Source of the DNA: Patescibacteria group bacterium
GTDB taxonomy: Bacteria; Patescibacteriota; Minisyncoccia; UBA6257; JACRHW01
DNA length: 64,000 nt
Assembly: GCA_028865725.1 (NCBI GenBank)
Contig: JAGWJP010000004.1
Span: forward strand, 5,567-69,566
Direction: 5' to 3'
Made by a program: the position numbers and the translations under genes. Positions 10,154 to 21,893 of the stretch are shown here, piece after piece. Under the pieces are notes generated by a model, which did not search any database, was not told where the DNA came from, and saw only the letters and a list, made by a program, of their open reading frames with translations. Position 1 is the stretch's first letter. Each line of letters starts with the position of its first letter.

Positions 10154-11200
10154 ATGCCATTTCTGTTGGATATCATAGGTGTCGCGGGAATCGTACTCGT
10201 AGGGTATGTAGTGTTTATATTTTCTCGCGACGCAAAGAAACAGACTGAACAATTCAGTGCACAGTTGCGCGCTTCAGAGGAACATTTACATCAGATGAGT
10301 ACGCTTCTGTTTCAACAAATGAATGAATTGACCACTCAAGTCAATGGCCGGCTGCGTGAAGGCACAGACGCGATGCGGCAGTCAACCGAGCTATTCCACA
10401 CCAGAATGCACTCAATCGGGGCGGAGATCACAAAAGTCAGTGAGATTGCAAAAGATATTTCTTCTCTTAAGGATATTCTCTCTGTTCCTAAAATGCGTGG
10501 CGGACTGGGGGAGTTAATGTTGTCCCAACTCTTATCCGAAATTTTGCCTCACGAACATTTTGAAGAGCAGTATACCTTCCATACCGGAGAGACCGTCGAT
10601 GCGGTGATTCGGTTTAAGGATCGACTAGTGGCGATTGATTCAAAATTTCCTCTTGAGGATTTTGCGCGTTTGACGGCTGCAGAGACAGAGGAGGAAAAGG
10701 CGGGATTTCGTAAATCCTTCCTTCGTTCTATGAAAAGTAGGATTGATGAAATTGCCAAGAAATATATTCTTCCCGACGAAAAAACGTTAGAAATCGCATT
10801 TATGTATATCCCTTCCGAGCATATCTACTACGAATTTATTGTGCGCGGGGAAGATGATATTTCTGAATATGCGTTCAAAAAGCATGTGATTCCTGTTTCT
10901 CCTAGTACGCTCTACAGTTATTTACAGATTGTACTCATAGGGTTGCGGGGAATGCAGATTGAACAACAAACACAGGAAATTTTGAATCATCTTTCACGTC
11001 TTCGCGATGATTATTATAAATTCGAAGAGCCATTCTTAAAAATGGGAAAACATCTTGCCCATCTGCGCTCTGCCTACGAAGATTCTGAAAAACGATTGCA
11101 GCGATTTTCTGACAAACTTCTTTCCATTGAACAGGGACATGTTCGGAATCTTGAGGATCCCACTTTTGCGATAGAACATGCACACAATGAAGACGATTAA
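10154..11200 (+). CDS. rmuC: DNA recombination protein RmuC family
   Basis: N-terminal TM, coiled coil, then GELMLSQLLSEILP...TVDAVIRFKDRLVAIDSKFPLEDF typical of RmuC. Confidence 0.75.
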   Translation: MPFLLDIIGVAGIVLVGYVVFIFSRDAKKQTEQFSAQLRASEEHLHQMSTLLFQQMNELTTQVNGRLREGTDAMRQSTELFHTRMHSIGAEITKVSEIAKDISSLKDILSVPKMRGGLGELMLSQLLSEILPHEHFEEQYTFHTGETVDAVIRFKDRLVAIDSKFPLEDFARLTAAETEEEKAGFRKSFLRSMKSRIDEIAKKYILPDEKTLEIAFMYIPSEHIYYEFIVRGEDDISEYAFKKHVIPVSPSTLYSYLQIVLIGLRGMQIEQQTQEILNHLSRLRDDYYKFEEPFLKMGKHLAHLRSAYEDSEKRLQRFSDKLLSIEQGHVRNLEDPTFAIEHAHNEDD

Positions 11201-12164
11201 AAATTATACTTTTTCTTCTCTTGAGGAATCGATCCTTACGACACTTGCTTGTAGTAATGCGTTGAAGATTTATCCCACCTCCTTCGAACTATTTTCACTT
11301 CTACTCAAACCAAAACTTTCTCGTAATTGCGCAGTACGTTCAGTGTCCTATTCTGATGTGATGGGCACGCTCGAACAGCTTGAGGCGCTGGACTTAATTC
11401 ATGTAGACCGGGGTTTTTATTTCTTTTCTTTTTTGCGCCCCCGTACGCGTTCCTTTAGCACCTATCGGATTCAGACCGACAAGCTTCTTGATCAAAAGTG
11501 GAATACCCTCGCGCGATATCTTTCTTGGTTTCGATTTCTTCCTTTTTTGGAGGGGGTATTTGTTTCGGGTTCGCTTACGATCGGGACCGTTCAAGAAGAT
11601 TCAGATTTTGATTTTCTCTTAGTAAGTACACCAGATCATCTTTATACATTGCGTTTGTTTTCAGTGTGCGTGTTTAATCTTTTGGGAATTCGCAGAAAAC
11701 CACACCACAAAGGAAAGACAGCGCGGAATAAGGTGTGTTTAAATCACTATCTTTCGCTCGGCGAGCTTACGATGAAAAATAGGCTTTTCGAAGGCATGCT
11801 TTTAGATACACATCTTGTGCCTGTTTATGTGCGTAATACTAACCTTATTTCTGAATTTTTTAAAGCAAATGAATGGATTCGTGAATATTTTTTTCGTACG
11901 GCGTTTCAAGAGCGTGTACAATATTCGGAGCGCCCTCATATACCATATCGCTTTAGCCTGGTTCGTGAGGGCTTTGAATGGTTTCTGGACGGTCGTATGG
12001 GTAAAATATTTGAACATGCAGTTTACACGTGGCAAAAGAGGAGAATTCCGGAAGGCCAGAATTGTTTCGCCACCCCCCACGAGCTTAATTTACATCCTCA
12101 TCTTGAAGAGCGTTATCATCGACTCGATCGCATACTTCATGAGTATTTTAGACGCCTTTGGTGA
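11178..12164 (+). CDS. Hypothetical protein with nucleotidyltransferase-like motif
   Basis: GVFVSGSLTIGTVQEDSDFDFLLV resembles GS...D.D minimal nucleotidyltransferase fold; overlaps rmuC 3' end by 23 nt. Confidence 0.4.
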   Translation: MHTMKTIKNYTFSSLEESILTTLACSNALKIYPTSFELFSLLLKPKLSRNCAVRSVSYSDVMGTLEQLEALDLIHVDRGFYFFSFLRPRTRSFSTYRIQTDKLLDQKWNTLARYLSWFRFLPFLEGVFVSGSLTIGTVQEDSDFDFLLVSTPDHLYTLRLFSVCVFNLLGIRRKPHHKGKTARNKVCLNHYLSLGELTMKNRLFEGMLLDTHLVPVYVRNTNLISEFFKANEWIREYFFRTAFQERVQYSERPHIPYRFSLVREGFEWFLDGRMGKIFEHAVYTWQKRRIPEGQNCFATPHELNLHPHLEERYHRLDRILHEYFRRLW

Positions 12165-12245
12165 CCCTGGCATTGCAGAGGAGGTGAAGGTTTGGTAAGA
12201 TGCAGAAGGAATATTTTGACAAATCAAGAAAGGGGAGGATTGTGA

Positions 12246-12632
12246 TTGGAAAAGACCGTTCACCATCTGATTCCTAGGAGCAGGTGCGATGAGCTTGGAA
12301 TCAAGCAAAAAAGTGACAAGCGGAACCTTAAGAAGATAAACGGAAAGCTTCATATTGCATGGCATACGCTTTTCACAAACAGAACTCCTTACGAAGTTGT
12401 TTATTTTTTATACATGTTGCGCGCGCTCAATCTTGACGGAATATATATTGCGACAAATATAGAAACATGGAAAGTGCTATTTGGTTATAAGTCTGTTCTT
12501 GAGGCCTGTGCAATTATTGCTAAGGAATGGACTCCTCCGCGATCCTTTTATGAGCCTCATGTGCTTATGGTAAATCATGAAAAATTCTTTTCTTTTTTTA
12601 ATGAATGTTTCGCAAGTAAAGAAAAGAAGTAA
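12246..12632 (+). CDS. Hypothetical protein, TTG start, possible HNH-like remnant
   Basis: ORF begins TTG directly after in-frame TGA; N-terminal HHLIPRSRCDELG resembles HNH core but lacks upstream elements. Confidence 0.3.
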   Translation: MEKTVHHLIPRSRCDELGIKQKSDKRNLKKINGKLHIAWHTLFTNRTPYEVVYFLYMLRALNLDGIYIATNIETWKVLFGYKSVLEACAIIAKEWTPPRSFYEPHVLMVNHEKFFSFFNECFASKEKK

Positions 12633-12647
12633 GCAGACCTATTACCG

Positions 12648-12672
12648 GGGAGCGATTACGCTCTCTTTTTTT
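12648..12672 (+). terminator. Rho-independent terminator candidate after 12246-12632 ORF
   Basis: GGGAGCG-ATTA-CGCTCTC stem-loop followed by TTTTTTT. Confidence 0.5.
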
Positions 12673-12704
12673 CCTCCAGAGAAGAGATTCTGAAGGGCCT
12701 CGTA

Positions 12705-12734
12705 TTGACAAGCAGTTCACTCCTGCCTTACAAT
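12705..12734 (+). promoter_or_regulatory. Sigma70-type promoter of groES-groEL (TTGACA-18-TACAAT)
   Basis: TTGACA at 12705-12710, TACAAT at 12729-12734, CIRCE immediately downstream. Confidence 0.6.
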
Positions 12735-12737
12735 GCA

Positions 12738-12764
12738 TTAGCACTCGTATGTCGAGAGTGCTAA
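12738..12764 (+). promoter_or_regulatory. CIRCE operator upstream of groES-groEL
   Basis: Perfect TTAGCACTC-N9-GAGTGCTAA. Confidence 0.85.
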
Positions 12765-12863
12765 ATCATGTGCTTAGGTTTCCTCGTGTGATAAGTTGCA
12801 AAAGTGACCAAAACAGATCAGAAAACCTAAAAACACATTAATTTAAAAATTTATAAACTAATC

Positions 12864-13157
12864 ATGAAGATTCAACCATTATCTGATCATGTCTTTATCG
12901 AGTCGATGAAGGACGAAATAAAGACAAAGAGTGGTATCGTGTTGCCGGATAGCGCAGAAAAAGAAAAACCAATGAAAGGGAAGGTGATCGCCGTGGGGGC
13001 GGGAAAAGTAAGCGATAAAGGAGAACGAATTGCGATGTCGGTGAAAAAAGGCGATACCGTATTGTTTACTAAATATACACCCCACGAAATCAAAGTGGAC
13101 GGAAAAGAATATTTGGTCGTTCGCGAAAGCGACATTCTCGCGGTGTTATCTGAATAG
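12864..13157 (+). CDS. groES: Co-chaperonin GroES
   Basis: MKIQPLSDHVFIE...KSGIVLPDSA...KGKVIAVGAG...GDTVLF. Confidence 0.95.
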   Translation: MKIQPLSDHVFIESMKDEIKTKSGIVLPDSAEKEKPMKGKVIAVGAGKVSDKGERIAMSVKKGDTVLFTKYTPHEIKVDGKEYLVVRESDILAVLSE

Positions 13158-13195
13158 ATGTCACAGTGACCTATATCCAAAAGCTAAAATTCTAA

Positions 13196-14857
<1,662 letters not shown>

Positions 14858-14889
14858 GTTGAGAAGCTAGAAGTTTTGATGGTACAAAA

Positions 14890-14914
14890 AGTCTCGTTTT
14901 TACGAGGCTTTTTG
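14890..14914 (+). terminator. Terminator candidate after groEL
   Basis: AGTCTCG-TTTTTA-CGAGGCT imperfect hairpin followed by TTTTT. Confidence 0.45.
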
Positions 14915-15223
14915 GTATCCGTGGCGGTCGAGTAGTGTTCGAGCGAAGTCGAGAATATTCTTTTCAAAAACCGTTTTTCTTGTCATTCGTAGAGCATTAA
15001 AAAAGAGGCACATTATGTGAACAGTATGCGAGGTATCAGGGCATACGTTTTATTTTCTGGGTGGCGGCAGGTGTAGAAGGTGCAGATCGCTTATGGGCTG
15101 TTTTGAATGTAATATGGTTTTTCAGCAATCGAAAGGAGGAATTGCTTCTACGTTAGGTGGAGAACGGTATATACGCTGGGGCATGTTTGCCCAGTATTTG
15201 TAAATGAAAGCAGAACGATGTCT

Positions 15224-16348
15224 TTAGAGTTCCTCTTGTGTGATGGGTTGGAGTTTTTTAATCTCGATATATCCTTGACATCCGTGTTCGTAGAATGAGG
15301 CCGAGACGACAAGAAGTAATTTTCCTTGCTCCACAAGCGTGTTAATTTTTCCAAATTCTTGCTTCACGCAAATTGCAGATGCTTCATAGTGTGCATAGTG
15401 AGGATTTATTCCGGGAAACTTGTCCGTAAAATAAGAGGTGAACGGCTCTCCATATGGTCCATTGTCGTACGAAATCGCTAGTTGAGCGGTACCACCCACA
15501 GACAGTGAAAGGACCATGTTTTGTAAAGAAATGTGGGGAAATAGATGATAACGAAATGACATGTTTGAGACAATAATGTCAAAGCGTTCTTTAAAATCTT
15601 GTGGTACATATTCGGCGGCAGCATAGTGATAGAAATCAACGGGAAACATAGAAGGTTCTTGGTCTACGGTGAGTCCGTGTGTTTCTGTGCTTGAGTCAAT
15701 GCGCTTCATATCATCGAGTGCCATTCCCACACCACATCCTACATCGAGTACGGTAAGCGTTTCTCGCTTGGTTGCATTTCGTGTTTCATCAAGAAGGTTT
15801 TTCCATGCGTAATCAGGAAAACCGTAATCTTTTAAGTGGCGTTGCCCGTAACCAGAAAGTCCCACCTTCGTGCTATTTCCTTTCTTCAGGTGTGTTTGGT
15901 TCCATAGGGTGGGGTCAAGAAATTTAACTTTTTCTCGCAACGACAAGGGGATGAGCCCGCCGGACTGTTCTTCTGGGTTTGTGACTACAAGCGTACTTCT
16001 TTCGGGAAATAAGGGATCTTGTATGCGATAGATAACGCCGCAGAGCTGCTGATAGGTTTCGCGATTCAGCGCATAAGAAAGATGGTGTACCAGATATTCT
16101 TTAAGGAGTGTTTTTTCTTGTTCTGGTAGAGGAATAAGTGGCTCGAACCCAAGGTGGATAGTTTCTACGAGGTGTTGGATTTCCTGTGTTGAGAGAGGAA
16201 CAAATGAGCCGGTTTCTAGTCCTTTAAAGAAATGAGAGAGCAAAACACGGTCTTTTTTTAAGGATTCTAAAGTAGACTTGGTTGCTTCGTCGAGGTTAGT
16301 ATCGCCAGAATGCGATTGAAGAGAAGATAATTGAGGAGTTTCGCGCAT
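15224..16348 (-). CDS. Class I SAM-dependent methyltransferase with long N-terminal extension
   Basis: LTVLDVGCGVGMALDD (motif I), later DIIVSNMSF (motif-like); convergent with groEL. Confidence 0.6.
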   Translation of the reverse strand: MRETPQLSSLQSHSGDTNLDEATKSTLESLKKDRVLLSHFFKGLETGSFVPLSTQEIQHLVETIHLGFEPLIPLPEQEKTLLKEYLVHHLSYALNRETYQQLCGVIYRIQDPLFPERSTLVVTNPEEQSGGLIPLSLREKVKFLDPTLWNQTHLKKGNSTKVGLSGYGQRHLKDYGFPDYAWKNLLDETRNATKRETLTVLDVGCGVGMALDDMKRIDSSTETHGLTVDQEPSMFPVDFYHYAAAEYVPQDFKERFDIIVSNMSFRYHLFPHISLQNMVLSLSVGGTAQLAISYDNGPYGEPFTSYFTDKFPGINPHYAHYEASAICVKQEFGKINTLVEQGKLLLVVSASFYEHGCQGYIEIKKLQPITQEEL

Positions 16349-16405
16349 AAAATTGTTATTTTAGTATTTCAAGTATATCATGAGTATGACACAAGAGGAC
16401 ACAGT

Positions 16406-18181
16406 ATGAATACCGCGACGGAGCGTATTAAAGAGCGGATTGATCTTGTGAGTTTTTTACAAGGCTATCTCACGCTGCAAAAAGCCGGGATCAATTATAA
16501 AGGGGTGTGCCCGTTTCACAAGGAAAAGACGCCTTCGTTTTTTGTGTCGCCTGAAAAACAGATTTGGCATTGCTTTGGATGCGGAGTAGGGGGCGATGCA
16601 TTTGGATTTTTGATGAAATTTGAAAATGTGGAGTTCCCCGAAGCATTGCGTATTCTTGCGGATCGCGCCGGCGTCTCTCTCCAGGAGTTCCAAGGCACAG
16701 CGACGCGCGTGGATAAAGATCTTTATGGTATTTGTGATGTTGCCGCGGATTGTTATCATACGCTTCTCTTTCATGATATAGGAAAGGACGCGTTAACGTA
16801 TCTGCGTGCACGCGGTCTTACCGATGAAACGATTCGCGCCTTTCGTGTGGGATATGTACCTTCGCGGTCAGATGTCGTGAAACGTTATTTTGCAACCAAA
16901 CATATTCCCTTCGAAAAGGGAGAAGCGGCGGGTCTTTTTTTACGAAAAAACAATGAGGTGTACGATCGTTTCCGCGGACGCATTATGTTTCCGATCGAAG
17001 ACAGGATGGGGCGCACGGTGGGGTTTACCGGTCGTATTTTTGAAGCGGATCCCGTGCGCCTGAAAGAAAGGGGTGCGCGCGAAGGGAAGTATGTCAATAC
17101 ACCAGAGACGAGTATCTTTAATAAGAGCAAGTTGTTGTATGGATTTTCTGCCACGAAACAAGCGATTCGCGAGCGTGATTATTGTGTGATGGTAGAAGGT
17201 CAGATGGATTTTTTAGTAGCCTATCAAGCAGGATTGCGCAATCTTGTTGCAACATCTGGAACCGCGCTCACTGTTGACCATCTTCGGGCGCTCATGCACC
17301 TTACCAAACATTTGATTTTTATTTTTGATGCGGATGCGGCGGGTGCGCATGCGACTGAACGTGCGATTGATCTTGCACAGTCATTGGGATTTGAGCCGCG
17401 GGTATCCCTTGTGCCGGAAGGAAAAGATCCGGGTGAATATTTTGTCGGGAAAAAGGCTGATATGACGGAACTTGAGAAAGAAAGCTTACCTGCTGCTGCA
17501 TATTTTTATCAATCTCTATTTACTCCAGATGTATTGCGAGATACGAGCTACGAAGGAATGCAGAACAAGTTTACCGCCGTGCGCGCATTTTTAGAAAAAA
17601 TTGCGCGCATCCCTTCTGCGACCGAGCGTGGGTATTGGTTGGGACGGGTGTCTGATGCGGTGCGCGTACGTCTTCTGGATTTGCAGCGCGATCTTGAATC
17701 GGTGATGCAACAACAAGGGAATGCGGACTATGGAAACATGTCAACCGCCCCTGCAGTTCAGGAGATACACGTAGAAACTTCCTCGCGTCTTGACATGTTG
17801 TTTGATGAGATTATTGCGCGTGCGCTCCGCAACGCTGAAGCCGCGACATCTCTAACAGAATTAGTTTCATATTGCCACCCAGTTCATAAGGAATCGTTGC
17901 ATGCGGTGTTGGCTGGTACGTATATTCCCAAAGAACATGATTCGCGACTGCTTTTGATGCAAGGGTATCTTGACTCTTTTCTAGAAGGTACGAATTGGGA
18001 ACGCGAATTACAGATCGTTGCGCGAGAATATAAGCTGGAATCCTTACGGACGCAAATTCAGGAAAAGAATGCCGAAGTGCAGGTAGGTGAGAGTCGGGGC
18101 GATGAAGCGCGCGTGGGTGTATTACTTCTCGAAATCAATAACCTTCTCACTGATTTGCAAAAGGTTGAACTTGAGGACTAA
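16406..18181 (+). CDS. dnaG: DNA primase DnaG
   Basis: Zinc ribbon CPFHKEKTPSFFVSPEKQIWHCFGCG, TOPRIM region VMVEGQMDFL...IFIFDADAAG; ATG at 16406 chosen to avoid overlap with divergent upstream gene. Confidence 0.9.
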   Translation: MNTATERIKERIDLVSFLQGYLTLQKAGINYKGVCPFHKEKTPSFFVSPEKQIWHCFGCGVGGDAFGFLMKFENVEFPEALRILADRAGVSLQEFQGTATRVDKDLYGICDVAADCYHTLLFHDIGKDALTYLRARGLTDETIRAFRVGYVPSRSDVVKRYFATKHIPFEKGEAAGLFLRKNNEVYDRFRGRIMFPIEDRMGRTVGFTGRIFEADPVRLKERGAREGKYVNTPETSIFNKSKLLYGFSATKQAIRERDYCVMVEGQMDFLVAYQAGLRNLVATSGTALTVDHLRALMHLTKHLIFIFDADAAGAHATERAIDLAQSLGFEPRVSLVPEGKDPGEYFVGKKADMTELEKESLPAAAYFYQSLFTPDVLRDTSYEGMQNKFTAVRAFLEKIARIPSATERGYWLGRVSDAVRVRLLDLQRDLESVMQQQGNADYGNMSTAPAVQEIHVETSSRLDMLFDEIIARALRNAEAATSLTELVSYCHPVHKESLHAVLAGTYIPKEHDSRLLLMQGYLDSFLEGTNWERELQIVAREYKLESLRTQIQEKNAEVQVGESRGDEARVGVLLLEINNLLTDLQKVELED

Positions 18182-18274
18182 GAGTGGTATACTACGCGCA
18201 TCAATTTTCTATTTAATACGTTGTCTTGTAGTGAAAAAACTTCAAGGTATGTACGGGCATTTTCAATATTTTTT

Positions 18275-19540
18275 ATGGCAAAATCTATACAAAACAAGAA
18301 AAAAGTAAAGCTGGTTTCTAAAAAGGGAAAGAAACCACACCGCAAGAAAACGATTTCCCAGAAAACAACGAACGTATCCGTATCCGCGGCAAAAAAGAGA
18401 ACAATGCCCGCAAAGAAGATAGCGGCCGCAGAAGAAGATAAATATGAAAAACTCACCGAAGGGCAAAAAGTGGAGCGCGTAGAAGAGTTAATGCGCCGCG
18501 GAAGAGAGCGCGGCTTTGTTACTGAGTCAGAAATTTTACATTCGTTTCCTCGCGTTGAGACTGATCTTGCCCTTCTCGAAGAGCTTTATGATTCGTTTGA
18601 AAAAGCCAATATTGAAATTGTCGAGGCACGCGAATTCTTAGAATTACAGCAACCAGATGAGGTTTCAAAAGAAGAGTTACGCCGCGCGACCGAGGCACCC
18701 CACGGCATGGAGCTTTCTGATGCGGTGCAGGCGTATTTGCGTGAGATTGGAAAGATCCCTCTCCTCACCGCAGAAGAGGAAAAAGCATTTGCGAAGCGCA
18801 TTGAGGCGGGAGATGAAGAGGCGCGCCAAAAGCTGATTCAAGCGAACCTCAAACTTGTGGTGTCGTTTGCGAAGAAATATGTAGGCCGCAGTCCGCACCT
18901 TACGCTCCTCGATCTTATTCAGGAAGGGAATATTGGATTGTCGCGCGCGGTCGATAAGTTTGATTACCGTCGCGGATTTAAGTTTTCGACGTATGCCACA
19001 TGGTGGATTCGGCAGGCTATTACCCGCGCGCTTGCAGATCAAGCGCGTACGATTCGTATCCCGGTGCACATGGTCGAAACTATTTCCAAGTTTTTGCAAG
19101 TAAAGCGTCGTTTGCAGCAAGACTTGGGACGCGAGCCGCTTCCTGCCGAGATTGCGTCCGAGATGGGTATTGATATTGAAAAAGCTCATCATATTATGAA
19201 GATTTCTCAAGAAACGGTTTCGCTTGAATTGCCTATCGGAGAAGATGACAAAGATTCAACATTGGGTGAGTTTATCAAAGACGAAAAAACGATTACGCCC
19301 ATGCAATCCGCATCCCAACGTTTGCTAAAAGACAAACTTGCCGATATTCTGCGCGATCTTACCCCACGTGAACAAAAAATTTTGGGGATGAGATTCGGAC
19401 TCGACGATGGTATTACACATACTCTTGAAGAGGTGGGGAAAGAGTTCGGCGTGACGCGCGAGCGTATTCGTCAAATTGAGGCGAAAGCATTAAGCAAGAT
19501 TCGTGAGCACGATGAGATTAATAAATTAGAGGAGTACTAA
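18275..19540 (+). CDS. rpoD: RNA polymerase sigma factor RpoD (sigma-70) with lysine-rich N-terminal tail
   Basis: Region 2 [40 protein letters not shown]; region 4 [15 protein letters not shown]...[20 protein letters not shown]; alternative TTG start at 18221. Confidence 0.9.
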   Translation: MAKSIQNKKKVKLVSKKGKKPHRKKTISQKTTNVSVSAAKKRTMPAKKIAAAEEDKYEKLTEGQKVERVEELMRRGRERGFVTESEILHSFPRVETDLALLEELYDSFEKANIEIVEAREFLELQQPDEVSKEELRRATEAPHGMELSDAVQAYLREIGKIPLLTAEEEKAFAKRIEAGDEEARQKLIQANLKLVVSFAKKYVGRSPHLTLLDLIQEGNIGLSRAVDKFDYRRGFKFSTYATWWIRQAITRALADQARTIRIPVHMVETISKFLQVKRRLQQDLGREPLPAEIASEMGIDIEKAHHIMKISQETVSLELPIGEDDKDSTLGEFIKDEKTITPMQSASQRLLKDKLADILRDLTPREQKILGMRFGLDDGITHTLEEVGKEFGVTRERIRQIEAKALSKIREHDEINKLEEY

Positions 19541-19625
19541 CAAGGATTAAATAGCAGAGAGGAGGCGTGGGAGGAGCGTGCGGGCAGGAAGAGGGATAGG
19601 GTACTAATCATGAAAGACGTCATCT

Positions 19626-21113
19626 ATGAGGAGAGGAATTCAGGAAGCGATTGATGCTATTCTCGTGGGGATTATTGCGGGAGGTCTTGCGGCTCCTTTT
19701 CTGAGTACTTCAGTGACGTGGTATGTGTGCGCAGGGGTTGCCGTGACTGATCTTATAAGTATCGCCGCGTTTCGCAAGGCTATTTCCCTACGAGCCATGC
19801 AAACGTTTGTGGCGCTACAGGTAGTATGTGCGATGGTACTGTACGCGCACTTCTTTGTGGCAGCACAGCAGGCATGGGTCATGCGCATGTGGCAGCCGCG
19901 AGGCACCGTTGCGCTTGAAGGTGTGGTGGCATCTCCACCGGAATCCACAGACAAGGTTACGCGCTTTCTCATCGCAGTGTCCTCTCCGCATGTTACGCGT
20001 GTGAGCGTGGTGGGGGATATCCACACACTCGCCGATATCCGTTATGGAGATGTGGTGGGCGTCGCAGGTGTTGCAGAGACACCGCAAGCGTATACCGCCG
20101 CAAAAGATCCTACTCTACGCGCCGAGTTTGCGTTTCCTCGCGTATCTCTTCTTCATCATGCGGATTCGTTTTCATATTACGCCCGCCTTCTTGAGCTCAA
20201 AACCGTATTTGCTCACAACATTCAACGTAGTATTCCCGATCCTTATGCTTCGTTTGGTATCTCATTGCTTATGGGGAAATCAGGTATTCCTGCAGAACTT
20301 TCTCAAGCCATGCGCCTTACGGGTACCACGCATCTCGTTGCACTTTCCGGTTTTAATATTTCTGTCATGAGCGTATATCTTTTTTCATTTCTGTTGTGGC
20401 TTCGCATACATCGCAAAATAGCATTGCTGCTTTCCGGAATTATTATTATTGTGTTTGTAATCATGATGGGCGCTGAAGCATCTCTGGTGCGTGCGGCAGT
20501 GATGGGAGAGCTTGTGATTGTGGCCGGATTGCTAGGGAGGCCATATTCATTTTGGCGCGCGGTATTATGCGCTGCATGCGGGATGGTAGTATTGAACCCT
20601 GTTATTCTTATAAATGATGTAGGATTTCAACTTTCTTTTCTTGCAACCCTGGGTCTTGCGCTCTTGCTGCCTATTTTTGATACGCGATTCGGCGGGGGGG
20701 AGACAGTCTTTGATTGGAAAATGAATTTTTTTGCGACCTGTGCGAGTCAAATCATGGTATTTCCTATTCTCATAAATACATTTGGGATTTTTTCTCCGCT
20801 TTCTCTTGTCACGAACGTCTTGATCCTTTCTGTGATTCCTGCGACTATGCTTGTAGTATTTATGGTGGGGTTGTGCGGGTTTGTGAGCAGCATGTTTGCT
20901 GCAGCGATAGGACTTATCGCGTCGCTTCTTCTGGGATATGAAATCGGGGTGATCCGATTATTCTCGACCATCCCGCTTACGCTCACCTTTTCTGCCGGTT
21001 TTATGGCGCCACTATTTTTTGTGGTGTACTATATAGGGCTTGCACTCCTGATATCACGATTTTGGAACGTGCGGTATACTATAGATACGTATCATGTTTC
21101 AAGTACAGAATGA
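19626..21113 (+). CDS. comEC: ComEC/Rec2 family competence channel protein (short form, no C-terminal metallo-beta-lactamase domain)
   Basis: Polytopic membrane protein with LTGTTHLVALSGFNISVMSVYL competence-domain signature; ends at 495 aa. Confidence 0.8.
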   Translation: MRRGIQEAIDAILVGIIAGGLAAPFLSTSVTWYVCAGVAVTDLISIAAFRKAISLRAMQTFVALQVVCAMVLYAHFFVAAQQAWVMRMWQPRGTVALEGVVASPPESTDKVTRFLIAVSSPHVTRVSVVGDIHTLADIRYGDVVGVAGVAETPQAYTAAKDPTLRAEFAFPRVSLLHHADSFSYYARLLELKTVFAHNIQRSIPDPYASFGISLLMGKSGIPAELSQAMRLTGTTHLVALSGFNISVMSVYLFSFLLWLRIHRKIALLLSGIIIIVFVIMMGAEASLVRAAVMGELVIVAGLLGRPYSFWRAVLCAACGMVVLNPVILINDVGFQLSFLATLGLALLLPIFDTRFGGGETVFDWKMNFFATCASQIMVFPILINTFGIFSPLSLVTNVLILSVIPATMLVVFMVGLCGFVSSMFAAAIGLIASLLLGYEIGVIRLFSTIPLTLTFSAGFMAPLFFVVYYIGLALLISRFWNVRYTIDTYHVSSTE

Positions 21114-21780
21114 ACAATTTAGCGGCCCTTTTGATGTGCTGCTTACGATGATTGAGGATAAGAAACTCCAGATTACCGAGTTTAGTTTGTCGCGCATTAC
21201 TTCTGATTTCTTAGCATACGTACGCGGGTTGCAGGAGAAAGATTATGCAGAGATCGGCGATTTTTTAGTCGTGGCCGCGCGTTTGATTTTTTTAAAATCA
21301 CGGGAATTGCTGCCAAAGATTTTCTCAGAAGAGGAGGAGGGGGAGGGAAATCTCGAGTTGCAGCTGACGCTCTACCGAGAAATCAAGCAGATGAGCAAGG
21401 TATTGGGTGAACGCTTTGGCCATTATGTCATGCTTGGACGAGGATATCTCTATGGATATGCGCCCGCATTTCTTCCTGGAAAAAATTGTACGCAAGAAGC
21501 GCTTACCAAACACATAGGACGTATAATGGTTGCGCATAACGCTGTGCTTTATACTCGCGTTGAACGTCGTCTCGTGACCATTGAGGAGAAGGTGGCGCAT
21601 ATTTTAGAGCGTCTTGAAGCAGGCGGAGGATTTCATTTTCATGAACTCTCGAAAGAGCAGGACCGTATAGACGTCATCGTACTATTTCTTGCTCTTCTGG
21701 AACTCATGAAATCCGGAATAGTGCACCCTATGCAGGAAAACAATTTTGGCGACATTACGATCGCGAAGCACGTTGCATGA
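21094..21780 (+). CDS. scpA: Segregation and condensation protein A
   Basis: FSGPFDVLLTMIEDKKLQITEFSLSRITSDFLAY; overlaps comEC by 20 nt; scpB nearby. Confidence 0.8.
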   Translation: MFQVQNEQFSGPFDVLLTMIEDKKLQITEFSLSRITSDFLAYVRGLQEKDYAEIGDFLVVAARLIFLKSRELLPKIFSEEEEGEGNLELQLTLYREIKQMSKVLGERFGHYVMLGRGYLYGYAPAFLPGKNCTQEALTKHIGRIMVAHNAVLYTRVERRLVTIEEKVAHILERLEAGGGFHFHELSKEQDRIDVIVLFLALLELMKSGIVHPMQENNFGDITIAKHVA

Positions 21781-21893
21781 AGCGTGGTAAAAAAGTCTGA
21801 CGAGATCAAGTGGGGTTGATCTTTTTTAGAGGATGTGATATATACGTGTCAGACCCAAAGCTACTTTGGGGACTTGAAAAGGAGGAAGAAAGG

